Shown here: positions 11,141 through 23,100 of the stretch, one piece after another
Layout of the letters: each line of letters begins with the position of its first letter
How positions within the stretch are numbered: position 1 is the first letter of the stretch
Assembly: GCA_032718475.1 (NCBI GenBank)
Contig: JAUCBJ010005944.1
Coordinates: forward strand, 1 to 51,339
Source of the DNA: Nemertoderma westbladi
Lineage: Eukaryota; Animalia; Xenacoelomorpha
Direction: 5' to 3'
Length of the DNA: 51,339 bases
Position numbers and translations under genes: made by a program
The notes under the pieces: model-generated
Told to the model about the DNA's origin: nothing
Databases searched by the model: none
Seen by the model: only the letters and a program-made list of their open reading frames with translations

Positions 11141-14100
11141 CTAAGATTTTATAAACAAAATATACACCATGACCCGTAATATAGTGTCATTTTCTGATGA
11201 CACGGACAATTTTTTTTTTTAAAGGAAGTACATAAAAATTAAAAAAAAGTTATAAAAAAAGAATTAAAAAAAAATATCATAAAAAAAAAATATATAAAAA
11301 AATGAATTAAAAAATTCATACATGAAAAAATTCATAAAAAAAAAATATATATATAATAAAAAAATTCAAAAATAAAAATTCATTAAAAAAATTCATTAAA
11401 AAATAACAAATAAATACAATAAAATCAATTTATAAAAAAATATAATAAAAAAAAATATAAAAACATATAAAAAAAATTAAAAATATATAATAAAAATGAC
11501 GATGACTCTGGGCGGTTGTGTGTAAGTCGAGAAATAACCGAGTTCCTGAATTTCGATATCTGTCTGTATGTCTGTCTGTTCTTTTGTCCGTTTTTGTCGA
11601 ATTATTCAGACACTTATATCTCAGTCGTTCATGGACGGATTTAGTTGAATCTTTGTAAGATGACATTGATATTGACCATCGGATAATCGATTCCTTCAAG
11701 AATTGGCTATTTGAATATAATAACTACTGTATACAAAGATAAACTATCATCGGCATTAGTGCTGGCTCATAGTGCTGTACGTTAAACTATATACAGTACT
11801 ATCAGTCTCGAAGGGATTTATATTTTAGGCTGATATATCAGGGTATACAAAAATAAAGGCGGACTTTTCTAACCAAAACAATAAACGATATTTGTTACCA
11901 AATTCAGGGAAAGGAACAGGTTACAGAGGCAGGCTTTTCTAACCAAAACAATAAACGATATTGTTACCAATTGAGGGAAAGGAACAGGTTACAGAGGCAA
12001 GCTTTTCTAACCTAAACAATAAATGATATATTTATGTAGTACTGTATTGGTATTGTATAGTCTGATATTATAATAGAGCCTTACTGCTTTACTGCGTACT
12101 GTACTTTTCTAACCAAAACAATAAACGATATTGTTACCAATTGAGGGAAATGAACAGGTTACAGAGGCAGGCGTTTCTAACCTAAACAATAAACGATATA
12201 TTTCTGTAGTACTGTATTAGTATTATATAGTCTGATATTATAATAGAGCCTACTGCTGTACTGTACTGTATACAGTAGGCCTACCGCAATGTAATAAAAT
12301 ATATCAATATCAAGCACGCAAGACGTGAAGACTGTTAATACTCCAAACTTTTACAGACTGACATGTAAACTTACAGTATGTTGTTAATGTATGTTTTCTA
12401 GCAGCCAAATACCTCCATGAACGACTGAGATTTGTATGAATAATTCTACAAAAACGGACTAAAGAACAGATAGACAGACATAGAACTTCGGAAATCCTGT
12501 TATTTATTGACCTTCACACCATCGCCCAGAGTCATCTTACAAAATTTTTCAACCAAATCCGTCCAGGAATGACTGAGATATAAGTGTCTGAATAATTCGA
12601 CAAAAACGGACAAAAGAACAGACAGACATATACAGTAGACAGATATCGAACTTCAGAAATCCGGTTTTTTCTTGACTGGCACACAACCGCCCAGCGTCAT
12701 CTCACAAAGTTTCAACCCAATCCGTCCATGAATGACTGAGATACTGTATAAGTGTCTGAATAATTCGACAAAAACGGACAAAAGAAAAGACAGGCATATA
12801 CAGTAGACAGATATCGAACTTCAGAGATCCTGTTATGTCTTGACTTGCACACAACCGCCCAGCGGCGTCAGAAATCACCGTGTCATCAGAAAATGACACT
12901 CTATATTACGGGTCATGGTGTTAAGTAAAATATGTAAAAAATAGAATTATTATAGGAAGGGATCTTGGGGTCTTAGCCTCGAATGATAAGTTTATTTTAC
13001 CGAAAATAACTTATCTTTTATTGGCGCAATTGTAGGACTAATCCCATCACATGCGTACTTTTTAACCGGGTAGTGTACAAATTTAGTAATTTTTTCTTGA
13101 AATTAATATCTCATATCTCTCCAAACCACGTACGCGTTTCGACCTTACTGGGTCTCATCAGCGTGGTATCGGATTCGAACCTGGGACCTCGAGGTGGAAG
13201 CCGAGACTACTTGCCAACACATTGTTACTATCAATAATAAAAAATCAGGGGCTAATAAAATGGCAGCTGGCTTTGAAATTAATACTCCATATCTCAAGAA
13301 CCTGTGGCCTAGTGGTTGTAGTCTCGGCTTCCACCTCGAGGTCCCAGGTTCGAATCCGACACCACGCTGATGAGACCCAGTAAGGTCGAAACGCGTACGT
13401 GGTTTGGAGAGATATGAGATATTAATTTCAAGAAAAAATTACGCGATTCCTAAATTTGTACACTACCCGGTTAAAAAGTACGCATGTGATGGGATTAGTC
13501 CTACAATTGCGCCAATAAAAGATAAGTTATTTTCGGTAAAATAAACTTATCATTCGAGGCTAAGACCCCAAGATCCCTTCCTATAATAAATGTATAATAA
13601 CAAACACCTCGAAAAATACAGCTTGCCAACACATTGTTACTATCAATAAAAAATAGAAGACAGGTAGGTAATGTGGTATTAGTACCACATTAGTTGTTGA
13701 TGTATTTATAGTTACACGGTAGGTTATTGATAATTTTACCTTTAGTAAATGTTGCCGTCTTTCCTCTCTCCATTCTTCTGGGGCGAGTGAATCAAGAAAT
13801 TTTTTATACAGGATATATTCCCTCAGAGTCTCTTCATTTTTCGATATTTCGCTTTTCAGCAGCATTATTTGAGAGTTGATTTTCTTTATTTCAGCTACTT
13901 TCTCAAGTTTGGCTTTGGTTTCAGCTTCAGCTCTGCAGAGGTAAATATCGAATTCGAATGAAATAGCTGATTAATAATTCATGAACGGTAAGTGGTTTAT
14001 GCTTTGTTAATCTCATTCAGGCACAATTTAGTTCCAACTAAATGTTTAGAACGCATTCGGTCGACCATTTCACCAAGAAAACAAGTTGCTAATGGGTTTT

Positions 14101-17100
14101 ATTAAAAATTCTAGAAAATAATTTATCAAAATTATTTTGACAATAAATCCACTTTTAAACTATTAGCTAATCGTTTGCAGAAGCTTATTGTCAATACAGA
14201 AGGTTGTAAGTAAATATTGTAGCTAAACCCTACTGAATACATTGGAATTATTTTCATAATGGGGGCTCTGGTCACAAAAGAAAAGCTTTCGGAGAACGAC
14301 GTGATATTGATGCGGCGTGTGATGGATCTCGAAAAAGGTGACAAAACGGCGGTGAATAAAATGTAGGTTTATAAAACCAATGTGTAAACATTACTCGGGG
14401 GGAATAAGTAAACATGGATATGGTAAAATGCCCGGGGGGGGGGGGGGGGGGGGGTACACACCAACGATATAAATGTTGGGGTATCAGTGTAGTATGCGTA
14501 ATGTCCCAGAATATAGTGTCGTAATTCAGTGACACGCCCCCCCCCCCCCTAATTTTTCCAATTTGAATGACATTTGAAACAGAGATAGTTACACCTTCCG
14601 GCCACTGACTGGGTGAGCCAGAATTTTTATTTTTGCTTTCAATCTTTAGCTACAAGCGTTTAAGAAAAGTGTCTCCAGCGATATTACACCAGTTAAACCG
14701 CAGTTATTCTTCTACCTTATAGCTGTTTGTTGGTACCAATTGAAAGCTGGTCAGGTCATACAAGGATTCCAAATCGTAATGTCCCAGAATATAGTGTCGT
14801 AATTCAGTGACACGCCCCCCCCCCCCCCTAATTTTTCTAATTTGAATGAAATTTGAAACAGAGATAGTTACACCTTCCGGCCACTGACTGGGTGAGCCAG
14901 AATTTTCATTTTTGCTTTCAATCTTTAGCTACAAGCGTTTAAGAAAAGTGTCTCCAGCGATATTACACCAGTTAAACCGCAGTTATTCTTCTACCTTATA
15001 GCTGTTTGTTGGTACCAATGGAAAGCTGGTCAGGTCATACAAGGATTCCAAATATGTAACACAATTTGAATTTCGTTGAAAAATAGCAGAGATGGGCGTT
15101 CAAATTTTGCATGGTTATGCACCTGCACGAGGCTATTTTATTCTATTTAATAAATAAACCATAATCTGGAATTTTTTGTTTATCCAAATACGTAGCTGGG
15201 CAACAATGCATTACATCTTTGATCATACTATTACGTAGCTATTCATACATTTAAAAAATGTTCCAGAATATGGTTTATTTATTAAATAGAATGAAATAGC
15301 CTCGCGTAGGTGCAAAACCATGCAACATTTGAACGCTCATATCTCAGCTATTTTTCAACGAAATTCAGATTATGTTACATATTTGGATCCTTGCATGACC
15401 AGATTTGCATTGGTACAAACAAACAGCTATAAGGTAGAATAATAACTGCGGTGTAACTGGTGTAATATCGCTGGAGACACTTTTTTTAAACGCTTGTAGC
15501 TAAAGATTGAAAGCAAAAATACAAATTCTGGCTCACCCAGTCAGTGGTCGGGAGGTGAAACTATCTCTGTTTCAAATTTCATGCAATCTCATTAAGATTT
15601 GTAGAAAATTTTTTTTTTTTTGGGGGGGGGGGGCGTGTCACTGAATTACGACACTATATTCTGGGACATGGTGTAATTCGGTGAAAGCAAACCGATCACA
15701 AAGTAACACCCGATATGTCCAAAATTAGTTCACCTTGGTAATTTTTCATGTGGTATGCAGTAATTTTCATTACTGGATGAATTTCTTTTAAAAATTTATT
15801 TCCGTCTAGGAAAGAAACAATCTCGCTGTTTAAGGAGGACAAGCAGACAGAGCTTGGTGAGGCCATGGACGATCTGCGGAATGACTTTAATACCTATTGC
15901 GAAGGACAACGGGAAATGCTAACTAAGAAATTATCGGAACTGAACGTTAGTTTTTCATACTGCTGTCTGTGGCTGTGCTCGCTCGACCTATTAGTAGTAG
16001 TAGTAGTATGTGCTTGCTCGACCTATTAGTAGTAGTAGTAGTATGTGCTTGCTCGACCTATTAGTAGTAGTAGTATGTGCTCGCATCGACCTATTAGTAG
16101 TATTAGTATGTGCTCGCTCGACCTATTAGTAGTAGTAGTATGTGCTCGCTCGACCTATTAGTAGTAGTAGTATGTGCTCGCTCGACCTATTAGTAGTAGT
16201 AGTATGTGCTCGCATCGACCTATTAGTAGTATTAGTATGTGCTCGCTCGACCTATTAGTAGTAGTAGTATGTGCTCGCTCGACCTATTAGTAGTAGTAGT
16301 ATGTGCTCGCATCGACCTATTAGTAGTATTAGTATGTGCTCGCTCGACCTATTAGTAGTAGTAGTATGTGCTCGCTCGACCTATTAGTAGTAGTAGTAGT
16401 GTGCTCGCTCGACCTATTAGTAGTAGTAGTATGTACTCGCTCGACCTATTAGTAGTAGTAGTATGTGCTCGCTCGACCTATTAGTAGTAGTAGTATGTGC
16501 TCGCTCGACCTATTAGTAGTAGTAGTATGTACTCGCTCGACCTATTAGTAGTAGTAGTAGTATGTGCTCGCTCGACCTATTAGTAGTAGTAGTATGTACT
16601 CGCTCGACCTATTAGTAGTAGTAGTATGTGCTCGCTCGACCTATTAGTAGTAGTAGTATGTACTCGCTCGACCTATTAGTAGTAGTAGTATGTGCTCGCT
16701 CGACCTATTAGTAGTAGTAGTAGTGTGCTCGCTCGACCTATTAGTAGTAGTAGTATGTACTCGCTCGACCTATTAGTAGTAGTAGTAGGTGCTCGCTCGA
16801 CCTATTAGTAGTAGTAGTATGTACTCGCTCGACCTATTAGTAGTAGTAGTATGTGCTCGCTCGACCTATTAGTAGTAGTAGTATGTGCTCGCTCGACCTA
16901 TTAGTAGTAGTAGTATGTGCTCGCTCGACCTATTAGTAGTAGTAGTATGTGCTCGCTCGACCTATTAGTAGTAGTAGTATGTGCTCTCTCGACCTATTAG
17001 TAGTAGTAGTATGTGCTCGCTCGACCTATTAGTAGTAGTAGTATGTGCTCGCTCGACCTATTAGTAGTAGTAGTATGTGCTCGCTCGACCTATTAGTAGT

Positions 17101-20100
17101 AGTAGTATGTGCTCGCTCGACCTATTAGTAGTAGTAGTATGTGCTCGCTCGACCTATTAGTAGTAGTAGTATGTGCTCTCTCGACCTATTAGTAGTAGTA
17201 GTATGTGCTCGCTCGACCTATTAGTAGTAGTAGTATGTGCTCGCTCGACCTATTAGTAGTAGTAGTATGTGCTCGCTCGACCTATTAGTAGTAGTATGTG
17301 CTCGCTCGACCTATTAGTAGTAGTATGTGCTCGCTCGACCTATTAGTAGTAGTAGTAGTATGTGCTCGCTCGACCTATTAGTAGTAGTAGTATGTGCTCG
17401 CTCGACCTATTAGTAGTAGTAGTATGTGGTCGCTCGACCTATTAGTAGTATTAGTATGTGCTCGCTCGACCTATTAGTAGTAGTAGTATGTGCTCGCTCG
17501 ACCTATTAGTAGTAGTAGTATGTGCTCGCTCGACCTATTAGTAGTAGTAGTATGTGCTCGCTCGACCTATTAGTAGTAGTAGTCTGTGCTCGCTCGACCT
17601 ATTAGTAGTAGTAGTATGTGCTCGCTCGACCTATTAGTAGTAGTAGTATGTGCTCGCTCGACCTATTAGTAGTATTAGTATGTGCTCGCTCGACCTATTA
17701 GTAGTAGTAGTATGTGCTCGCTCGACCTATTAGTAGTATTAGTATGTGCTCGCTCGACCTATTAGTAGTATTAGTATGTGCTCGCTCGACCTATTAGTAG
17801 TAGTAGTGGTATGTGCTCGCTCGACCTATTAGTAGTAGTAGTATGTGCTCGCTCGACCTATTAGTAGTAGTAGTCTGTGCTCGCTCGACCTATTAGTAGT
17901 ATTAGTATGTGCTCGCTCGACCTATTAGTAGTAGTAGTATGTGCTCGCTCGACCTATTAGTAGTAGTAGTATGTGCTCGCTCGACCTATTAGTAGTAGTA
18001 GTATGTTCTCGCTCGACCTATTAGTAGTATTAGTATGTGCTCTCTCGACCTATTAGTAGTAGTAGTAGTATGTGCTCGCTCGACCTATTAGTAGTATTAG
18101 TATGTGCTCGCTCGACCTATTAGTAGTAGTATGTGCTCGCTCGAACTATTAGTAGTAGTATGTGCTCGCTCGACCTATTAGTAGTAGTAGTATGTGCTCG
18201 CTCGACCTATTAGTAGTAGTAGTAGTATGTGCTCGCTCGACCTATTAGTAGTAGTAGTAGTATGTGCTCGCTCGACCTATTAGTAGTATTAGTATGTGCT
18301 CGCTCGACCTATTAGTAGTAGTATGTGCTCGCTCGACCTATTAGTAGTAGTAGTATGTGCTCGCTCGACCTATTAGTAGTAGTAGTATGTGCTCGCTCGA
18401 CCTATTAGTAGTAGTAGTATGTGCTCGCTCGACCTATTAGTAGTAGTAGTATGTGCTCGCTCGACCTATTAGTAGTAGTAGTATGTGCTCGCTCGACCTA
18501 TTAGTAGTAGTAGTATGTGCTCGCTCGACCTATTAGTAGTAGTAGTATGTGCTCGCTCGACCTATTAGTAGTAGTAGTATGTGCTCGCTCGACCTATTAG
18601 TAGTAGTAGTATGTGCTCGCTCGACCTATTAGTAGTAGTAGTATGTGCTCGCTCGACCTATTAGTAGTAGTAGTATGTGCTCGCTCGACCTATTAGTAGT
18701 AGTAGTATGTGCTCGCTCGACCTATTAGTAGTAGTAGTATGTGCTCGCTCGACCTATTAGTAGTAGTAGTATGTGCTCGCTCGACCTATTAGTAGTAGTA
18801 GTATGTGCTCGCTCGACCTATTAGTAGTAGTAGTATGTGCTCGCTCGACCTATTAGTAGTAGTAGTATGTGCTCGCTCGACCTATTAGTAGTAGTAGTAT
18901 GTGCTCGCTCGACCTATTAGTAGTAGTAGTATGTGCTCGCTCGACCTATTAGTAGTAGTAGTATGTGCTCGCTCGACCTATTAGTAGTAGTAGTATGTGC
19001 TCGCTCGACCTATTAGTAGTAGTAGTATGTGCTCGCTCGACCTATTAGTAGTAGTAGTATGTGCTCGCTCGACCTATTAGTAGTAGTAGTATGTGCTCGC
19101 TCGACCTATTAGTAGTAGTAGTATGTGCTCGCTCGACCTATTAGTAGTAGTAGTATGTGCTCGCTCGACCTATTAGTAGTAGTAGTATGTGCTCGCTCGA
19201 CCTATTAGTAGTAGTAGTATGTGCTCGCTCGACCTATTAGTAGTAGTAGTATGTGCTCGCTCGACCTATTAGTAGTATTAGTATGTGCTCGCTCGACCTA
19301 TTAGTAGTAGTAGTATGTGCTCGCTCGACCTATTAGTAGTAGTAGTATGTGCTCGCTCGACCTATTAGTAGTAGTAGTATGTGCTCGCTCGACCTATTAG
19401 TAGTAGTAGTATGTGCTCGCTCGACCTATTAGTAGTAGTAGTATGTGCTCGCTCGACCTATTAGTAGTAGTAGTATGTGCTCGCTCGACCTATTAGTAGT
19501 AGTAGTATGTGCTCGCTCGACCTATTAGTAGTAGTAGTATGTGCTCGCTCGACCTATTAGTAGTAGTAGTATGTGCTCGCTCGACCTATTAGTAGTAGTA
19601 GTATGTGCTCGCTCGACCTATTAGTAGTAGTAGTATGTGCTCGCTCGACCTATTAGTAGTAGTAGTATGTGCTCGCTCGACCTATTAGTAGTAGTAGTAT
19701 GTGCTCGCTCGACCTATTAGTAGTAGTAGTATGTGCTCGCTCGACCTATTAGTAGTAGTAGTATGTGCTCGCTCGACCTATTAGTAGTAGTAGTATGTGC
19801 TCGCTCGACCTATTAGTAGTAGTAGTATGTGCTCGCTCGACCTATTAGTAGTAGTAGTATGTGCTCGCTCGACCTATTAGTAGTATTAGTATGTGCTCGC
19901 TCGACCTATTAGTAGTAGTAGTATGTGCTCGCTCGACCTATTAGTAGTAGTAGTATGTGCTCGCTCGACCTATTAGTAGTAGTAGTATGTGCTCGCTCGA
20001 CCTATTAGTAGTAGTAGTATGTGCTCGCTCGACCTGTTAGTAGTAGTAGTATGTGCTCGCTCGACCTATTAGTAGTAGTAGTATGTGCTCGCTCGACCTA

Positions 20101-23100
20101 TTAGTAGTAGTAGTAGTCTGTGCTCGCTCGACCTATTAGTAGTAGTAGTATGTGCTCGCTCGACCTATTAGTAGTAGTAGTATGTGCTCGCTCGACCTAT
20201 TAGTAGTAGTAGTATGTGGTCGCTCGACCTATTAGTAGTAGTAGTATGTGCTCGCTCGACCTATTAGTAGTAGTAGTATGTGCTCGCTCGACCTATTAGT
20301 AGTAGTAGTATGTGCTCGCTCGACCTATTAGTAGTATTATGTGCTCGCTCGACCTATTAGTAGTAGTAGTAGTATGTGCTCGCTCGACCTATTAGTAGTA
20401 GTAGTCTGTGCTCGCTCGACCTATTAGTAGTAGTAGTCTGTGCTCGCTCGACCTATTAGTAGTAGTATGTGCTCGCTCGACCTATTAGTAGTAGTAGTAT
20501 GTGCTCGCTCGACCTATTATTAGTATTAGTATGTGCTCGCTCGACCTATTAGTAGTAGTAGTATGTGCTCGCTCGACCTATTATTAGTATTAGTATGTGC
20601 TCGCTCGACCTATTAGTAGTAGTAGTAGTCTGTGCTCGCTCGACCTATTAGTAGTAGTAGTCTGTGCTCGCTCGACCTATTATTAGTAGTAGTATGTGCT
20701 CGCTCGACCTATTAGTAGTAGTAGTATGTGCTCGCTCGACCTATTAGTAGTAGTAGTAGTCTGTGCTCGCTCGACCTATTAGTAGTAGTAGTCTGTGCTC
20801 GCTCGACCTATTATTAGTAGTAGTAGTGTGGTCGCTCGACCTATTAGTAGTAGTAGTATGTGCTCGCTCGACCTATTAGTAGTAGTAGTATGTGCTCGCT
20901 CGACCTATTAGTAGTAGTAGTATGTGCTCGCTCGACCTATTAGTAGTAGTAGTAGTGTGGTCGCTCGACCTATTAGTAGTAGTAGTATGTGCTCGCTCGA
21001 CCTATTAGTAGTAGTAGTAGTCTGTGCTCGCTCGACCTATTAGTAGTAGTATGTGCTCGCTCGACCTATTAGTAGTAGTAGTATGTGCTCGCTCGACCTA
21101 TTATTAGTATTAGTATGTGCTCGCTCGACCTATTAGTAGTAGTAGTATGTGCTCGCTCGACCTATTATTAGTATTAGTATGTGCTCGCTCGACCTATTAG
21201 TAGTAGTAGTCTGTGCTCGCTCGACCTATTAGTAGTAGTATGTGCTCGCTCGACCTATTAGTAGTAGTAGTATGTGCTCGCTCGACCTATTATTAGTATT
21301 AGTATGTGCTCGCTCGACCTATTAGTAGTAGTAGTATGTGCTCGCTCGACCTATTATTAGTATTAGTATGTGCTCGCTCGACCTATTAGTAGTAGTAGTC
21401 TGTGCTCGCTCGACCTATTAGTAGTAGTAGTCTGTGCTCGCTCGACCTATTAGTAGTAGTAGTATGTGCTCGCTCGACCTATTAGTAGTAGTAGTATGTG
21501 CTCGCTCGACCTATTAGTAGTAGTAGTATGTGCTCGCTCGACCTATTAGTATTAGTAGTAGTCTGTGCTCGCTCGACCTATTAGTAGTAGTAGTCTGTGC
21601 TCGCTCGACCTATTATTAGTAGTAGTAGTGTGGTCGCTCGACCTATTAGTAGTAGTAGTCTGTGCTCGCTCGACCTATTAGTAGTAGTATGTGCTCGCTC
21701 GACCTATTAGTAGTAGTAGTATGTGCTCGCTCGACCTATTATTAGTATTAGTATGTGCTCGCTCGACCTATTAGTAGTAGTAGTATGTGCTCGCTCGACC
21801 TATTATTAGTATTAGTATGTGCTCGCTCGACCTATTAGTAGTAGTAGTCTGTGCTCGCTCGACCTATTAGTAGTAGTATGTGCTCGCTCGACCTATTAGT
21901 AGTAGTAGTATGTGCTCGCTCGACCTATTATTAGTATTAGTATGTGCTCGCTCGACCTATTAGTAGTAGTAGTATGTGCTCGCTCGACCTATTATTAGTA
22001 TTAGTATGTGCTCGCTCGACCTATTAGTAGTAGTAGTCTGTGCTCGCTCGACCTATTAGTAGTAGTAGTCTGTGCTCGCTCGACCTATTAGTAGTAGTAG
22101 TATGTGCTCGCTCGACCTATTAGTAGTAGTAGTACGTGCTCGCTCGACCTATTAGTAGTAGTAGTATGTGCTCGCTCGACCTATTAGTATTAGTAGTAGT
22201 CTGTGCTCGCTCGACCTATTAGTAGTCGTAGTCTGTGCTCGCTCGACCTATTATTAGTAGTAGTAGTGTGGTCGCTCGACCTATTAGTAGTAGTAGTATG
22301 TGCTCGCTCGACCTATTAGTAGTAGTGGTCTGTGCTCGCTCGACCTATTAGTAGTAGTATGTGCTCGCTCGACCTATTAGTAGTAGTAGTATGTGCTCGC
22401 TCGACCTATTAGTAGTAGTAGTATGTGCTCGCTCGACCTATTAGTAGTAGTAGTATGTGCTCGCTCGACCTATTAGTAGTAGTAGTATGTGCTCGCTCGA
22501 CCTATTAGTAGTAGTATGTGCTCGCTCGACCTATTAGTAGTAGTAGTAGTCTGTGCTCGCTCGACCTATTAGTAGTAGTAGTCTGTGCTCGCTCGACCTA
22601 TTAGTAGTAGTAGTCTGTGCTCGCTCGACCTATTAGTAGTAGTATGTGCTCGCTCGACCTATTAGTAGTAGTAGTATGTGCTTGCTCGACCTATTATTAG
22701 TATTAGTATGTGCTCGCTCGACCTATTAGTAGTAGTAGTATGTGCTCGCTCGACCTATTAGTAGTAGTAGTATGTGCTCGCTCGACCTATTAGTAGTAGT
22801 AGTATGTGCTCGCTCGACCTATTAGTAGTAGTATGTGCTCGCTCGACCTATTAGTAGTAGTAGTAGTCTGTGCTCGCTCGACCTATTAGTAGTAGGAGTA
22901 TGTGCTCGCTCGACCTATTAGTAGTAGTAGTCTGTGCTCGCTCGACCTATTAGTAGTATTAGTATGTGCTCGCTCGACCTATTAGTAGTAGTAGTATGTG
23001 CTCGCTCGACCTATTAGTAGTAGTAGTAGTCTGTGCTCGCTCGACCTATTAGTAGTAGGAGTATGTGCTCGCTCGACCTATTAGTAGTAGTAGTCTGTGC

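Larger units (their letters stand above)
12947..13589. mobile_element. Inverted pair of a tRNA-derived SINE-like element carrying a hammerhead ribozyme
   Basis: Arms 12947-13210 and 13318-13589 are near-perfect reverse complements (one ~9-nt indel). The right copy has box A TGGCCTAGTGG (13305-13315) and box B GGTTCGAATCC (13347-13357). Confidence 0.85.

Noticed and set aside
11194-11205. CTGATGA within a TIR
   Set aside because: No helix II or GAAA follows; it is part of the DNA-transposon terminus.
13301-13366. Possible tRNA-Gly gene
   Set aside because: Boxes A and B are present but the acceptor and anticodon stems do not pair properly, and it is fused to a ribozyme; treated as a SINE head.
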